In this document: positions 27,149 to 37,907 of the stretch, in pieces
Layout of the letters: the number at the start of each line of letters is the position of its first letter
Numbering within the stretch: the first letter of the stretch is position 1
Assembly: GCA_046328925.1 (NCBI GenBank)
Contig: JAXLVT010000002.1
Location: 129,949 to 193,948, forward strand
DNA: 64,000 nt
Direction of reading: 5' to 3'
From: Anaerolineales bacterium
GTDB lineage: Bacteria > Chloroflexota > Anaerolineae > Anaerolineales > Villigracilaceae
Made by a program: the position numbers and the translations under genes
The notes under the pieces: generated by a model
The model's database searches: none
Told to the model about the DNA's origin: nothing
The model's input: only the letters and a program-made list of their open reading frames with translations

Positions 27149-28186
27149 TTAATATAGACTGCTTTCATGCGGTTTTCCATGCCTTTGTTTATAACCTTTT
27201 TCATACTCCATAAATTCTCGAAATAACTCTGGGACAATGTGAGCATATTCTTCTCGTGCTGACCCTTGGGCAGTGCTACGGTTTGACGCCACATCAAGGC
27301 TTTGACGATTGATGCTACACAGCGTGATAAAAGATAGGCTTCTTGTAATCTTTCCTTTGATGCGAACTTTTGCCAGGGTACAAAATAAATATCAAGCATC
27401 TCTTGCATTTCTGGAGTAAATGAATAATCATCTAATTCAAGTGCAATTTCAATGCTCACAAAGAAAGTGCGTACTGAAATGAAAGGATGTGCGATGCATG
27501 CATCTCCCCAATCAAACAAAGTGATGCGCCCATCTTTGACCAAGCTCACATTGCCATCATGGAAATCTCCGTGATTGATTGTTTTCAGGAATTCCATATC
27601 CAGCTAATTCGGTACAAATTTGATTGAAACGAGTGGATACTCTTTTGCTTTTTGGAATTCTTCAGCGGTTAATCCTTTGGATGCCCAATTAAGATATGGT
27701 CTACATCTGCGAGTAAATCATTGTAAAACTTTGGGAGATGGGCAAGTCTCCAGTCAGGGATGCCCAAAGCCAATAACTCTGGGACATGCTCAATGCACCC
27801 CACCTGCACCTCAGACAATGACACAATCACTGGCTTCCATGGAGTGATATCTTTTGTCGGGCGGATGAGCTCGCAAGGCGCCACCGTCGCGCATCAACAT
27901 CCAGCCGCGAGTTGTATCTGTTGCAATCAGCTCTGGCAAATAGTTTGGATAGTTCGGCCAACTTTTGAGTCAATGCAATTTCGTAGACTGTCTCTGAGGC
28001 AGTTGCTTTGAAAAACAAATTGCTTGCATTGGTTGGGACTCGCAACACCGTGGACCAGGGATATATATGCGGTTGTTCAATCTCACCTGTGATTTGAATA
28101 CTATGTTTACTTGCCTCATTATGAATCCATGTGTGAACTTGCTTTAACCAGGTTGGGTCTTGCCAACTTAATTTGATTTCACTCAT
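27149..28186 (-). pseudogene. Aminoglycoside phosphotransferase (APH)/kinase-like gene, multiply frameshifted
   Basis: Pieces in several frames: PWSTVLRVPT..LFFKA, INHGDFHDGN, LFDWGDACIAHPF. Confidence 0.7.
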
Positions 28187-28216
28187 CGAAATTATTTCCT
28201 TTTTTGTTATTAAAAA

Positions 28217-28247
28217 AATAAGGGCGGACTTTATGTTCGCCCTTATT
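28217..28247 (-). terminator. Terminator after the aminotransferase gene
   Basis: AATAAGGGCGGAC-TTTAT-GTTCGCCCTTATT with a T-run on the minus strand. Confidence 0.7.
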
Positions 28248-28268
28248 CATTCGCTATACTTTTACTCT

Positions 28269-29447
28269 CTACCCGTGCCGACTCATAAATCTTTCCATAC
28301 GGCGTAGGGCTTCTTCAATTTGACTGTATTCTGTAGCATAACAAGCTCTTGCAAATCCTTCACCCCCAGGGCCGAAGGAACTGCCGGGTACTACTGCCAC
28401 ATGTTCCTCTTCCAATAATTTCTGGCAGAACGTTTCATCGTCCATGCCGGAAGCGCGGATGTTGGGGAATGTATAAAAAGCACCACGCGGCTCAAAGGTC
28501 GAGAGGCCGAGGCGGTTTAATCCACTCACCAATAATTTGCGGCGACGATCATATTCAGTTACCATTTCTTGTACGTACGGTTCGCCAACTTTCAAGGCTT
28601 CAATCGCGGCATCCTGCGCAGTAGTAGGTGCAGACATGATGGTGTACTGATGAATACGGACGAGGCCTTTGATGATGTCTTCCGGTCCGCAGGCATAGCC
28701 AATGCGCCAACCCGTCATGGCGTAATCTTTTGAAAAGCCACCGAGCAAAATCGTTCGATTGCGAATGCTATCGCCTAAAGAGGGAAAACAAATATGCGAG
28801 AAGTTATACACAAGGCGGTCGTAAATTTCATCAGAGACCACTAATAAATCATATTCTTCTGCGATCTTTGCAATCTCCAACATCACTTCGCGAGTTGCTA
28901 CTGCGCCAGTTGGGTTGGATGGATATCCGATAAAAATTACTTTGGTGCGCGGAGTGATTGCTTTGCGAATATCGTTTGGGTCCACCATGAATTGATTCTC
29001 AGCGCGAGATGGAATTTCAATTGGGACACCACCCGCGAGAATCACTTCGGCTTGATAGGAAACAAAACAAGGAGTGGGGATGATGACTTCATCGCCTTGT
29101 TCAAGAATGGCTGTAAAGGTGAGGTATAGCGCCTCAGAGACACCGACGGTTGCAATCACTTCATTTCCGGCATCATACTTCACACCATATAGTTTTTGAA
29201 TGTGGTCTGCAACTCCCTGGCGTAACTCTATCTTGCCATGGTTGGAAGTGTAATGAGTTTCACCGTTTTGCAAAGAACGGATGCCTGCATCAAGAATCGG
29301 TTTGGGCGTGGTGAAATCGGGTTCGCCGATGCCCAATGAAATGACATCCTTCATGGTTGCTGCAATGTCAAAGAACTTGCGAATACCGCTGGGTTTCAAA
29401 CCCGAAACGCGCTTTGCCAATCGATCCACTTTGGTTTTTTCCTGCAT
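28269..29447 (-). CDS. PLP-dependent class I/II aminotransferase
   Basis: LGIGEPDF, YPSNPTG, SDEIY, GFSKDYAMTGWRIG. Confidence 0.93.
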   Translation of the reverse strand: MQEKTKVDRLAKRVSGLKPSGIRKFFDIAATMKDVISLGIGEPDFTTPKPILDAGIRSLQNGETHYTSNHGKIELRQGVADHIQKLYGVKYDAGNEVIATVGVSEALYLTFTAILEQGDEVIIPTPCFVSYQAEVILAGGVPIEIPSRAENQFMVDPNDIRKAITPRTKVIFIGYPSNPTGAVATREVMLEIAKIAEEYDLLVVSDEIYDRLVYNFSHICFPSLGDSIRNRTILLGGFSKDYAMTGWRIGYACGPEDIIKGLVRIHQYTIMSAPTTAQDAAIEALKVGEPYVQEMVTEYDRRRKLLVSGLNRLGLSTFEPRGAFYTFPNIRASGMDDETFCQKLLEEEHVAVVPGSSFGPGGEGFARACYATEYSQIEEALRRMERFMSRHG

Positions 29448-29457
29448 TGAATCTCCT

Positions 29458-29667
29458 TTATATCGGTTGAACGTGCCAGTCGTCTGAAACTTCCTGATAC
29501 GTTAATTCAAAAGCCATGCCTTCAATGGTTTTAACTCGAAACCCTTTTTCACCAGGTCCGTGCCAACGAGCGATAATCTCTGCGATTTCATAACGAGAAC
29601 CGCGCCACAATAATGAAAGCGGCCTCTCTGCATATTCTGTATCAGAACGACATTCAACGGTTTCCAT
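29458..29667 (-). CDS. Small hypothetical protein (DUF6504-like)
   Basis: ERPLSLLWRGSRYEIAEIIARW...FRVKT...FELTY; fills the operon gap. Start METVEC, 1 nt after the upstream stop. Confidence 0.6.
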   Translation of the reverse strand: METVECRSDTEYAERPLSLLWRGSRYEIAEIIARWHGPGEKGFRVKTIEGMAFELTYQEVSDDWHVQPI

Positions 29668-29668
29668 A

Positions 29669-30694
29669 TTACATAAGGACTGAACTGTTGTCCCCAACAT
29701 TCAACCCAGTGACATGACCATCGCCTCGTCCTTTAACTGTAGCTTGCTTGCCAATCAATGAGCGACTCAGCGCCACATCTTTGATCTCACAACCAGCCTC
29801 AAGGATGCTCTCTGCAATTTGAGAGTTCTCAATTTTGCAGTTTGCCCCAATCGAAGCGTATGGGCCAATTTTTGCATTGCTGATTTCAGCACTGGGGTGG
29901 ATGAAGACCGGGTCAATAATCTCAACGTTTGAGCGTTTAAAAGTGAAATCATTTGAACCGATTTTTTCCAACATAATTTTATTCGTATCCAGAGTCGCTT
30001 CGATGGTTCCAGTATCCAACCAGGTGCTGATTTGATTCGTGCGTACTTTCGCTCCGTGCTCAATCATGACACTAATCGTATCAGTCAGGAAGTATTCACC
30101 CTTCAACATAATCCCGCGTTGAATCTGTTCTTCAATCGATTCAACCAGTCTTTCTGCGCTCTTAAAATAATAACAGCCCACCACTACAAGATTATTTTCC
30201 ATGCTTTGTGGTTTTTCGATAAAGCGGGTTACCCAGCCTTCATTGTTTAATTCAGCAACACCAAATCGGCGCGGATCAGGCACCGGCATCACCCAAGCTA
30301 CTCCATCGGCAGTTTCTTTGTTGAGGAAAGAAAAGTCAGTTTCCATTAGGGTATCGGAGAAACATACCATCATGGGTCCATGCAAATATTCACGTGCTAA
30401 TAGCAGCGCGTGAGATTGTCCCTTCATTTCATGTTGCACTACATAATGCGCTTTGACTTGTGGATAATTTTCCTTGATAAAAGCAGGAATCTGCAATTCG
30501 CCAAGAAATGGCCCGACAATAAAAATGTATTCCACATTCTCAGGGTCTGGCAATGTCTTGAACATATCCATGAGATGTTCAAGGGAGGTCTTGCCCGCTA
30601 CGCTGACGAGGGGTTTAGGTTTGCTCCAGGTATGCGGACGCATGCGTGTCCCCCAGCCTGCCATCGGGATGACGATCTTTAGGGTTTCGGTCAT
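29669..30694 (-). CDS. Sugar-phosphate nucleotidyltransferase (long RmlA/GlgC-like) with C-terminal beta-helix
   Basis: IPMAGWGTRMRPHTWSKPKPL, RFGV, EKP, WLDTGT. Confidence 0.9.
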   Translation of the reverse strand: MTETLKIVIPMAGWGTRMRPHTWSKPKPLVSVAGKTSLEHLMDMFKTLPDPENVEYIFIVGPFLGELQIPAFIKENYPQVKAHYVVQHEMKGQSHALLLAREYLHGPMMVCFSDTLMETDFSFLNKETADGVAWVMPVPDPRRFGVAELNNEGWVTRFIEKPQSMENNLVVVGCYYFKSAERLVESIEEQIQRGIMLKGEYFLTDTISVMIEHGAKVRTNQISTWLDTGTIEATLDTNKIMLEKIGSNDFTFKRSNVEIIDPVFIHPSAEISNAKIGPYASIGANCKIENSQIAESILEAGCEIKDVALSRSLIGKQATVKGRGDGHVTGLNVGDNSSVLM

Positions 30695-30803
30695 CTACAT
30701 TCTCCAAGGAAAGATTTCACTGGTATTTTACCAAACGGGAATGAAAAGGAGTCCGAAGTCGTGAGACCTCGAACTCCTGATATGTCTATCCCTATTCTAA
30801 GAG

Positions 30804-31373
30804 TTAACGATAAAGCACAAACCCGACAATAGCTCCAGCCACTACCAACCAGACGGGATTGATTTCTGTAAATGTGAGCAATCCAAAAGCGATGATTGCA
30901 ATAATGACTTTATCCCAACTTTGGGCAAGGCCTTTTCCCCATCCAACTTTGCTGACGCTAAATACAGAATATGCCATGGTATAGGCTGTCCAAAGTAAAA
31001 GGCCAACGACTACAGGACGAACTGCTTTCAACATAGCCGACACAACTGGGCTATCTTTGATACTAAAGAAATACACCACCATGATTAACATCAATAAGGT
31101 GGTCGGGAAAACAGTGCCTGCTGTAGCAGAGATTGCGCCCCATATTCCTGCAATTTTATATCCTACATACGCAGAGACTTGTGGAGCAATTGGTCCGGGC
31201 AAAGCATTGCCAACGGCTACGGCATCTGCAAATTCTTCAGTGCTGGCCCAGCCCGCGCTCACCACTTCTCGTTGCATCAATGCAAGCGAAGACGGTCCGC
31301 CGCCCCACGAGAACATAGCCACCCGCGTAAAAAGTACAAAGATTTCCCAAAGCAGTTTTCCGTTCATTACCAT
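30804..31373 (-). CDS. Short-chain CHR family transporter
   Basis: Canonical FSWGGG, EEFADAVAVGNALPGPIA, VGYKIAG. Confidence 0.88.
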   Translation of the reverse strand: MVMNGKLLWEIFVLFTRVAMFSWGGGPSSLALMQREVVSAGWASTEEFADAVAVGNALPGPIAPQVSAYVGYKIAGIWGAISATAGTVFPTTLLMLIMVVYFFSIKDSPVVSAMLKAVRPVVVGLLLWTAYTMAYSVFSVSKVGWGKGLAQSWDKVIIAIIAFGLLTFTEINPVWLVVAGAIVGFVLYR

Positions 31374-31819
31374 TCTCCAAATTGTGGATTTTCAATCCCT
31401 GCTTGATATTCGCTCAACCTGCGGAGATGCCCCGGCCACAACCCTTCTGGAAGTTCATTAAGCGCAAAAGTTTTTATCTCAGCGATTTCTTTATCGGGTT
31501 TGCCTGTGATTTTGAAATCTTCGCAAATAAAAACGATGTTGTGATCGGTCTTCCAATCTTTGAAGCTTGTATACGTCCCCATTAATTTCAAACTTCCTAG
31601 TTCTGCTCCAGTTTCTTCATAAGCTTCGCGACGTGCAGCCTCTTCAAGGGTTTCTCCTCGTTTGAGTCCACCACCGGGCATGAACCAACCTGGCATATAA
31701 GTCTGTCGTATCAAAGTCACTTTTTGATTTTGGATCATCATGACGCGCACCCCCATTCGAATGGGCCTTAGAAAAAAACAATAGGTGCGATATCCAAAAT
31801 ACAAAATCTTAATGAACAT
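31367..31819 (-). CDS. NUDIX hydrolase
   Basis: PGGGLKRGETLEEAARREAYEETG. Confidence 0.9.
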   Translation of the reverse strand: MFIKILYFGYRTYCFFLRPIRMGVRVMMIQNQKVTLIRQTYMPGWFMPGGGLKRGETLEEAARREAYEETGAELGSLKLMGTYTSFKDWKTDHNIVFICEDFKITGKPDKEIAEIKTFALNELPEGLWPGHLRRLSEYQAGIENPQFGEW

Positions 31820-32796
31820 TAGGCATGTCCCAACACAGGGTGCGGTTGATAAGCAGATTCAAGTAATTTGACTTCTTCGTCTGATAACTTGATATCAAGC
31901 GCAGCAATGGCTTGATCTAAATGCTCGATCTTACTGGACCCGATAATGGGTGCGGCGATATAGGGTTTGCTCAACACCCAAGCCAACGCAACCTGGGAAG
32001 CAGTGACATTGTGATTCTTGGCTACTTCCGCTGCCTTTTCTGCAACCACGAAATCTTCTTCACGGAAATATAAATCATTGGCAAATGGGTCAGACTGCGC
32101 ACGTGTAGTTTCACCGCCACCACCTCGCTTGCGGTTGCCAGCGAAAAATCCACGCGCCATGGGACTCCATGGAATTAATCCGATGCCTTGATCTTTGCAC
32201 AACGGAATCATCTCGCGTTCTTCTTCGCGATATACAAGGTTATAGTGATTTTGCATGGAAACGAACTTCGCCCAGCCGTTTATTTCGGAGACATGCAATG
32301 CTTTCATAAACTGCCACGCAAACATGGAGGAAGCGCCAATGTATCTGGCTTTGCCAGCGCGGACAACATCGTTCAATGCTTCCATTGTTTCTTCAATGGG
32401 TGTGTTGTAGTCCCAACGGTGGATTTGATAGAGATCGACATAATCCATGTTCAGGCGTTTGAGGGAGTTGTCAATTGAGTCCATGATATGTTTGCGAGAG
32501 AGACCACGATCATTGACTTCATCGCTCATGGGGTTGAATACCTTGGTGGCTACCACTACATTTTCTCTCTTAATTCCCTTGAGTAAATTACCGGTAATGA
32601 CTTCGCTTTCACCAAGAGAATATACATCGGCTGTATCGAAGAAGTTAATGCCTGCATCCAAGGCTCGTTGAATGAAAGGCTTGGCTTCCTTTTCTTCCAA
32701 TACCCATTCACGCCATTTCTTTGAGCCATAGGTCATCATCCCCAAGCATAAGCGTGAGACTTTTAATCCAGTTTTTCCGAGGTTGGTATATTGCAT
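31819..32796 (-). CDS. Aldo/keto reductase
   Basis: LGKTGLKVSRLCLG, FFDTADVYS, DYVDLYQIHR, IPWSPMARG. Confidence 0.95.
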   Translation of the reverse strand: MQYTNLGKTGLKVSRLCLGMMTYGSKKWREWVLEEKEAKPFIQRALDAGINFFDTADVYSLGESEVITGNLLKGIKRENVVVATKVFNPMSDEVNDRGLSRKHIMDSIDNSLKRLNMDYVDLYQIHRWDYNTPIEETMEALNDVVRAGKARYIGASSMFAWQFMKALHVSEINGWAKFVSMQNHYNLVYREEEREMIPLCKDQGIGLIPWSPMARGFFAGNRKRGGGGETTRAQSDPFANDLYFREEDFVVAEKAAEVAKNHNVTASQVALAWVLSKPYIAAPIIGSSKIEHLDQAIAALDIKLSDEEVKLLESAYQPHPVLGHA

Positions 32797-32841
32797 GGGA
32801 AGCTCCTTGTTTTTTAGGGAAACAGGTTGTTTCCCTAAAAG

Positions 32842-35013
32842 TTAAATAATTGTCAAATTTGCCAAACTGGCAGCAAGACGTTTGATGCCAACAGATTCAA
32901 AAACTACATCCACAATTTCATCGCCGTCTTGCATTTTGCTATCGAGGACAATGCCCTCGCCCCATACCTGGTGCTTGATGCGAGTCCCAGCTTTGTATTT
33001 GTTGGTTGTCACAGGAGCAGCTTTCGGCGAAGAAGGAAGCGACCATTTTGTTTCCGAAGGTGCGCCACTCATGGTGGTGCGTCCTGTTCTGGTTCTCCCA
33101 ACCAATAGACTTTCAGGAATATCTTCCAGAAAACGTGAGGGATAGGTTTCTTCTGCCATACCACGTCCGCCACGTTGAATGGCGCGTAATAGATATAGTT
33201 TATCTTTTGCACGCGTGATTCCTACATAAAAGAGGCGACGTTCTTCTTCCATTTGTTCAGGTTCATCGAAGGAACGACTGTGTGGAATGATGCCATCATC
33301 GAGACCAACGATGAAGACTGCGCTATATTCCAACCCTTTGGCGGCATGCAATGTGAGGAGCGTAGGTGCATTCGCATCGGTAATAGTATCTTGATCGGCG
33401 ATGAGTGCGATGTTTTCCAAGAATTCATCCATAGTGCGTGTGGCGTACTCATCTGCGAGACGATGCAACTCGAGTACGTTTTCCCAACGGTCTGTGCTTT
33501 CTTCTGACTCATCTTCTTTTACATAATCTTTGTAATTGATATCAGTAGCGATGCGATCAAAAAGCTCTGGGATGGTGCGCGTGGCAGCAAGTGCGCGCCA
33601 GTTGGCGAGCATGCCACCGAAATCGGCAAGGGGCAATGCGGCACGGCCAGTGAAAGATTTGTAATATTTTGAATCGGCCCCATGAGCAAGGTCAAGTAAA
33701 ACTTCGCTGGGTGATTTGTTGTCTTGTCTTGCAATCACATGCAAGGTGGTTAATGTTTTTTCTCCAATGCCGCGTGGCGGGACGTTGATGATGCGGTCGA
33801 GGCTGGCTTCGTCAGCGGGGTTGTGGACAAGACGCATAAAAGCAATCATGTCTTTGACTTCACGACGACCATAGAATCGTTGAGCGCCAACTAATTTATA
33901 AGGAAGACGTGCTTGTAGAAATGCTTCTTCAATTAAACGTGACATGGCATTGGTACGATACATGACAGCGCAATCGCGCGGTTCAAATTGGCCGGAGGCA
34001 ACGAGTTGAGCAATGGTATCAACCACAAAGGACGCTTCGCCATAATCATCTCGTGCTTCATAAAAGAAGATACGGTCGCCCACGCCACGATCACTGAAGA
34101 GCCGTTTCTTCTTGCGGTTTCGGGCACGGTCAATGACACCTGTCGCGGCATCCAAAATATTTTGATGAGAACGATAATTTTGTTCAAGCAAAATGGTTTG
34201 AGCGCCTGGGTAATCCTGCTCAAAGCGATGGATGTTTCGATAGTCCGCGCCGCGCCAAGCATAAATCGATTGGTCTGGGTCACCGACGCAGAAAATATTT
34301 TTGTGATAAGAAGCGAGTTGTTTTACCAAAGCATATTGAGCAATGTTGGTGTCTTGAAATTCATCGACCAGCACATGACGAAAGCGTTGGGCATATTTAT
34401 CGCGCACAGAAGGGGTATCTTCCAGCAGGCGCGCGGTGTAAACCAGAATGTCATCAAAATCAACTGCGTTCATCGAGATGAGGCGTTTTTGATATTCAGC
34501 ATAAACGCGTTTAACAACTTCATCACGGTAGGTGTTAATTGGATAATCTTCTGCGCCCACCAATTCATTCTTTGCCCGCGAAATGGAGGCGTGAACACTG
34601 GCGGCGCGATATAACTTTTCGTTCAAATTAAATTCACGAATAATTGCTTTGACGATTCTTTCCTGATCGTCTGAATCAAAAATAACAAAGTTGGTTTCAA
34701 CGGGGAGATGTTCAGCTTCACGCCTAAGGATGCGCGCGCAAATGGAATGGAAGGTTCCCAGCATGATGCCTTCCGTAGCCTGCGAATTCAGCATCCCGTT
34801 GACGCGTTCTTGCATTTCTTTTGCGGCTTTGTTGGTGAATGTGACTGCAAGAATCTGCCACGGGCGGACTCCTTCACTCGCAATGAGATAGGCGATGCGT
34901 TGAGTCAATACCCGCGTCTTTCCAGACCCCGGGCCTGCGATGACCAAAACGGGGCCATCTGCCGCTGTGACTGCGCTTTTTTGTTGTGGGTTAAGTTTAT
35001 CGAGAAAATTCAT
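32842..35013 (-). CDS. pcrA: ATP-dependent DNA helicase PcrA/UvrD
   Basis: AGPGSGKT, TFTNKAA, VDEFQD, EQNYRS, TLHAAKGLE, EEERRLFYVGITRA, C-terminal Tudor-like domain. Confidence 0.95.
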   Translation of the reverse strand: MNFLDKLNPQQKSAVTAADGPVLVIAGPGSGKTRVLTQRIAYLIASEGVRPWQILAVTFTNKAAKEMQERVNGMLNSQATEGIMLGTFHSICARILRREAEHLPVETNFVIFDSDDQERIVKAIIREFNLNEKLYRAASVHASISRAKNELVGAEDYPINTYRDEVVKRVYAEYQKRLISMNAVDFDDILVYTARLLEDTPSVRDKYAQRFRHVLVDEFQDTNIAQYALVKQLASYHKNIFCVGDPDQSIYAWRGADYRNIHRFEQDYPGAQTILLEQNYRSHQNILDAATGVIDRARNRKKKRLFSDRGVGDRIFFYEARDDYGEASFVVDTIAQLVASGQFEPRDCAVMYRTNAMSRLIEEAFLQARLPYKLVGAQRFYGRREVKDMIAFMRLVHNPADEASLDRIINVPPRGIGEKTLTTLHVIARQDNKSPSEVLLDLAHGADSKYYKSFTGRAALPLADFGGMLANWRALAATRTIPELFDRIATDINYKDYVKEDESEESTDRWENVLELHRLADEYATRTMDEFLENIALIADQDTITDANAPTLLTLHAAKGLEYSAVFIVGLDDGIIPHSRSFDEPEQMEEERRLFYVGITRAKDKLYLLRAIQRGGRGMAEETYPSRFLEDIPESLLVGRTRTGRTTMSGAPSETKWSLPSSPKAAPVTTNKYKAGTRIKHQVWGEGIVLDSKMQDGDEIVDVVFESVGIKRLAASLANLTII

Positions 35014-35088
35014 TATGGGTTAATTAAAAACTCTGTCAGGGGCTAAGCCCCCGACAGAGCAGAGCAAAGCCCCTATTTGAGTGATTTT

Positions 35089-35508
35089 TTATTTCTTTGT
35101 AGCTTTGGCGATTTTTAATTCAGAGGTACAGTTTGGGCAGCGTGTGGCGTGAATGGAAATGGTGGTGAAACAATGAGGGCATTCTTTGGTGGTAGCTTCC
35201 GCGGGAGCCGCTGCAGGAGTTGGCTTTTTTGCAGAATTGGCTGCTTTGATAATTAAGAAGATAACAAATGCAATGACAAGGAAGTCAATAACGTTGTTGA
35301 TGAATACGCCGTAAGTGATTTTTGCGGAACCAACGGCAAATTCCAACTTGCTAAAGTCAATACCGCCAAGCACTAAACCAATCAACGGCATGAGAATATC
35401 GGTGACAAGGGATGCCACGATTTTCCCAAACGCACCACCGATGATTACACCAACTGCCAGGTCAAGCACGTTTCCACGCATGACGAAATCTTTGAATTCT
35501 TTTAACAT
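35089..35508 (-). CDS. mscL: Large-conductance mechanosensitive channel with C-terminal zinc ribbon
   Basis: [30 protein letters not shown]; tail CPHC...CPNC. Confidence 0.95.
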   Translation of the reverse strand: MLKEFKDFVMRGNVLDLAVGVIIGGAFGKIVASLVTDILMPLIGLVLGGIDFSKLEFAVGSAKITYGVFINNVIDFLVIAFVIFLIIKAANSAKKPTPAAAPAEATTKECPHCFTTISIHATRCPNCTSELKIAKATKK

Positions 35509-35545
35509 AAGTTGCTCCTTGGAAAAATGATGGATTGCTTTTTTG

Positions 35546-35574
35546 ATTCTATGTTATGCGGTGGGGGGTGTCAA
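35546..35574 (-). promoter_or_regulatory. Sigma70 promoter for mscL
   Basis: TTGACA-17-TAGAAT. Confidence 0.7.
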
Positions 35575-35738
35575 TGATAGAGATGTGCAAATTGTCTGGT
35601 AGCAGGCTTCGGAGAGGGGCGAAGCGCGGTTTTCCTGTCGGCTAAAAAAACAGTTCTCTAGGATGGTACGTTTCCCCTTCCGTAGAAGCATTTTTCGTCG
35701 TAATATGACTGGTAAATCCCCTTTATGAGCAATGTCAG

Positions 35739-35766
35739 TTGACGCTCTTAGGGAATTAGGTATAAT
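35739..35766 (+). promoter_or_regulatory. Sigma70 promoter for the peptide ABC operon
   Basis: TTGACG-16-TATAAT. Confidence 0.65.
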
Positions 35767-35813
35767 TTTGGTCGCTTTATGACCATATTCCAATCCAGAA
35801 AAGGATCTCACGG

Positions 35814-36803
35814 ATGCCTGATCTTTTATTAGATATTAAAGGGCTTGAAACTGAATTCAAGACCCCGGACGGGATTGTTCACGCAGTAAATGGTGTTTCA
35901 TTTGGATTGAAAGAAGGGGAGACTTTGGGTGTTGTAGGTGAGAGTGGTTGTGGCAAAAGTGTAACCATGCTTTCCGTTTTAGGTTTGATTCCTTCTCCTC
36001 CAGGAAAAGTAACTGCGGGAGAAGCGTTTTTTATGGGGCAAGATCTTCTCAAGATGTCGAAGGAAGAAATCCGTCATGTTCGTGGTGCACAAATTAGTAT
36101 GGTGTTCCAAGATCCAATGACTTCCTTGAACCCAGTGCTTACGATTGGACGACAGTTGGAAGAGCCGCTTATTTTGCATGTTGGCATGACAAAAGTTCAA
36201 GCTCGTGAACGTGCTGCTGAATTGCTTTCCATTGTGGGGATTCCGAACGCAAAAGAAAGATTGAATGATTATCCACATCAATATTCTGGCGGTATGCGTC
36301 AACGTGTAATGATTGCTATGGCACTTGCCTGCAGTCCACAAATTTTAATTGCTGATGAACCCACCACCGCTTTGGATGTAACCATTCAGGCGCAAATCAT
36401 GGAATTGGTCAAACGCTTACGCGACGACCTTGGTATGGCTATTGTATGGATTACCCATGACCTTGGTGTTGTCGCTGGCTTGGCTCAACGCGTAATTGTT
36501 ATGTACGGTGGCTTTATTATTGAAGAAGCTTCTGTAAAAGATTTGTTTGCGAATCCTTCTCATCCATATACCATCGGTTTGATGGGAAGTCTGCCCCGTG
36601 TGGATGCACAAGCTCGTAGTCGCTTGTTCTCGATTGAAGGTCAGCCGCCTGTGTTATATCAAAAACCTTCTGCTTGTCCATTTGCCCCTCGTTGTAAATG
36701 GGTAATGGAACGTTGTTGGAAGGAAAACCCAATGTTGACTCCGGTTTCAAGTGAACACCAGGTTGCATGCTGGGTGGATACCAAGACAGGGAGAAGCCGA
36801 TAA
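35814..36803 (+). CDS. Oligopeptide/dipeptide ABC ATPase (OppD/DppD-like)
   Basis: [29 protein letters not shown]-terminal CPFAPRC. Confidence 0.93.
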   Translation: MPDLLLDIKGLETEFKTPDGIVHAVNGVSFGLKEGETLGVVGESGCGKSVTMLSVLGLIPSPPGKVTAGEAFFMGQDLLKMSKEEIRHVRGAQISMVFQDPMTSLNPVLTIGRQLEEPLILHVGMTKVQARERAAELLSIVGIPNAKERLNDYPHQYSGGMRQRVMIAMALACSPQILIADEPTTALDVTIQAQIMELVKRLRDDLGMAIVWITHDLGVVAGLAQRVIVMYGGFIIEEASVKDLFANPSHPYTIGLMGSLPRVDAQARSRLFSIEGQPPVLYQKPSACPFAPRCKWVMERCWKENPMLTPVSSEHQVACWVDTKTGRSR

Positions 36804-37786
36804 TGAATTCACAGAATGAAGTTCTGTTAAAGGTTGAAGATTTAAAGATGCACTTCCCAATTTACCGTGGCGTTTTTCAACGTCAGGTTGGGGCAGTGCA
36901 TGCGGTAGATGGTGTTTCTTTTGAAATACGACGTGGTGAAACATTAGGTCTCGTGGGTGAATCTGGTTGTGGTAAATCTACAACAGGTAGAACTGTATTA
37001 CAGTTATATAAACCTACTGCAGGTCGCATTCTTTTTGAAGGCATCAATCTGGTTGATCTCAAAGGCGAAGAATTACGCAAAACACGCCGTCGCATTCAGA
37101 TGATTTTCCAGGATCCTTATGCCAGTTTAAATCCACGCATGACCGTGGCAGACATTGTTGGGGAACCGATGGTTGTTCACAATGTGGCGACTGGTAAGGA
37201 AATTCAAGAACGAGTTGAGCATTTGCTAGAGTTAGTAAATCTCAACCCAGCCTTTGCAACCCGTTATCCACATGAATTTTCTGGTGGTCAACGTCAACGT
37301 ATTGGTATTGCTCGTGCTCTTGCACTTCAGCCATCGTTTGTGGTTTGTGATGAACCGATCTCTGCTTTGGATGTATCCATTCAAGCTCAAGTAGTAAATC
37401 TTCTCGAAGAATTGCAAGAACAATTTAACCTGACCTATCTATTTATCGCACATGATCTTTCCATGGTGCGTCATATTAGCAAACGAATTGCTGTTATGTA
37501 TTTGGGCGTTGTGATGGAGTTGGCGGGGCGTGATGAGTTATATGACACTCCCTTACATCCTTATACACAAGCTTTGTTATCAGCTGTTCCCATCCCGGAT
37601 CCAATTGCTGATGCGAAACGTCAGCGCATTTTATTGGAAGGGGATGTCCCATCGCCAGTGAATCCGCCTTCTGGTTGCCGCTTCCGCACTCGTTGCCCCA
37701 TTGCTGACAAGATTTGTGCTGAATCACGTCCAGAATTCCGTGAGGTAAAACCAGACCACTTCGTGGCCTGTCATTTAGTTAAATAG
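36803..37786 (+). CDS. Oligopeptide/dipeptide ABC ATPase (OppF/DppF-like)
   Basis: [44 protein letters not shown]. Start MNSQNE. Confidence 0.93.
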   Translation: MNSQNEVLLKVEDLKMHFPIYRGVFQRQVGAVHAVDGVSFEIRRGETLGLVGESGCGKSTTGRTVLQLYKPTAGRILFEGINLVDLKGEELRKTRRRIQMIFQDPYASLNPRMTVADIVGEPMVVHNVATGKEIQERVEHLLELVNLNPAFATRYPHEFSGGQRQRIGIARALALQPSFVVCDEPISALDVSIQAQVVNLLEELQEQFNLTYLFIAHDLSMVRHISKRIAVMYLGVVMELAGRDELYDTPLHPYTQALLSAVPIPDPIADAKRQRILLEGDVPSPVNPPSGCRFRTRCPIADKICAESRPEFREVKPDHFVACHLVK

Positions 37787-37907
37787 AATAATAGATGTTG
37801 AAACTTGAAAGGAGGTGGTTTGCCTAAGGTACATTATATGTAACCTATGCCCTCTTGATTGGTAAGTTTGTTATTCGAACCTTCTAAAATTTGTGAGGAG
37901 AAGAAAG

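Noticed and set aside
25863-28186. Programmed frameshifting or phase variation in ppgK and the APH-like gene
   Set aside because: Too many scattered indels, not located at slippery or simple-repeat tracts.
35510-35813. Riboswitch or ncRNA in the mscL-opp divergent region (also ORF 35554-35811)
   Set aside because: No recognisable aptamer consensus; the region is explained by two divergent sigma70 promoters.
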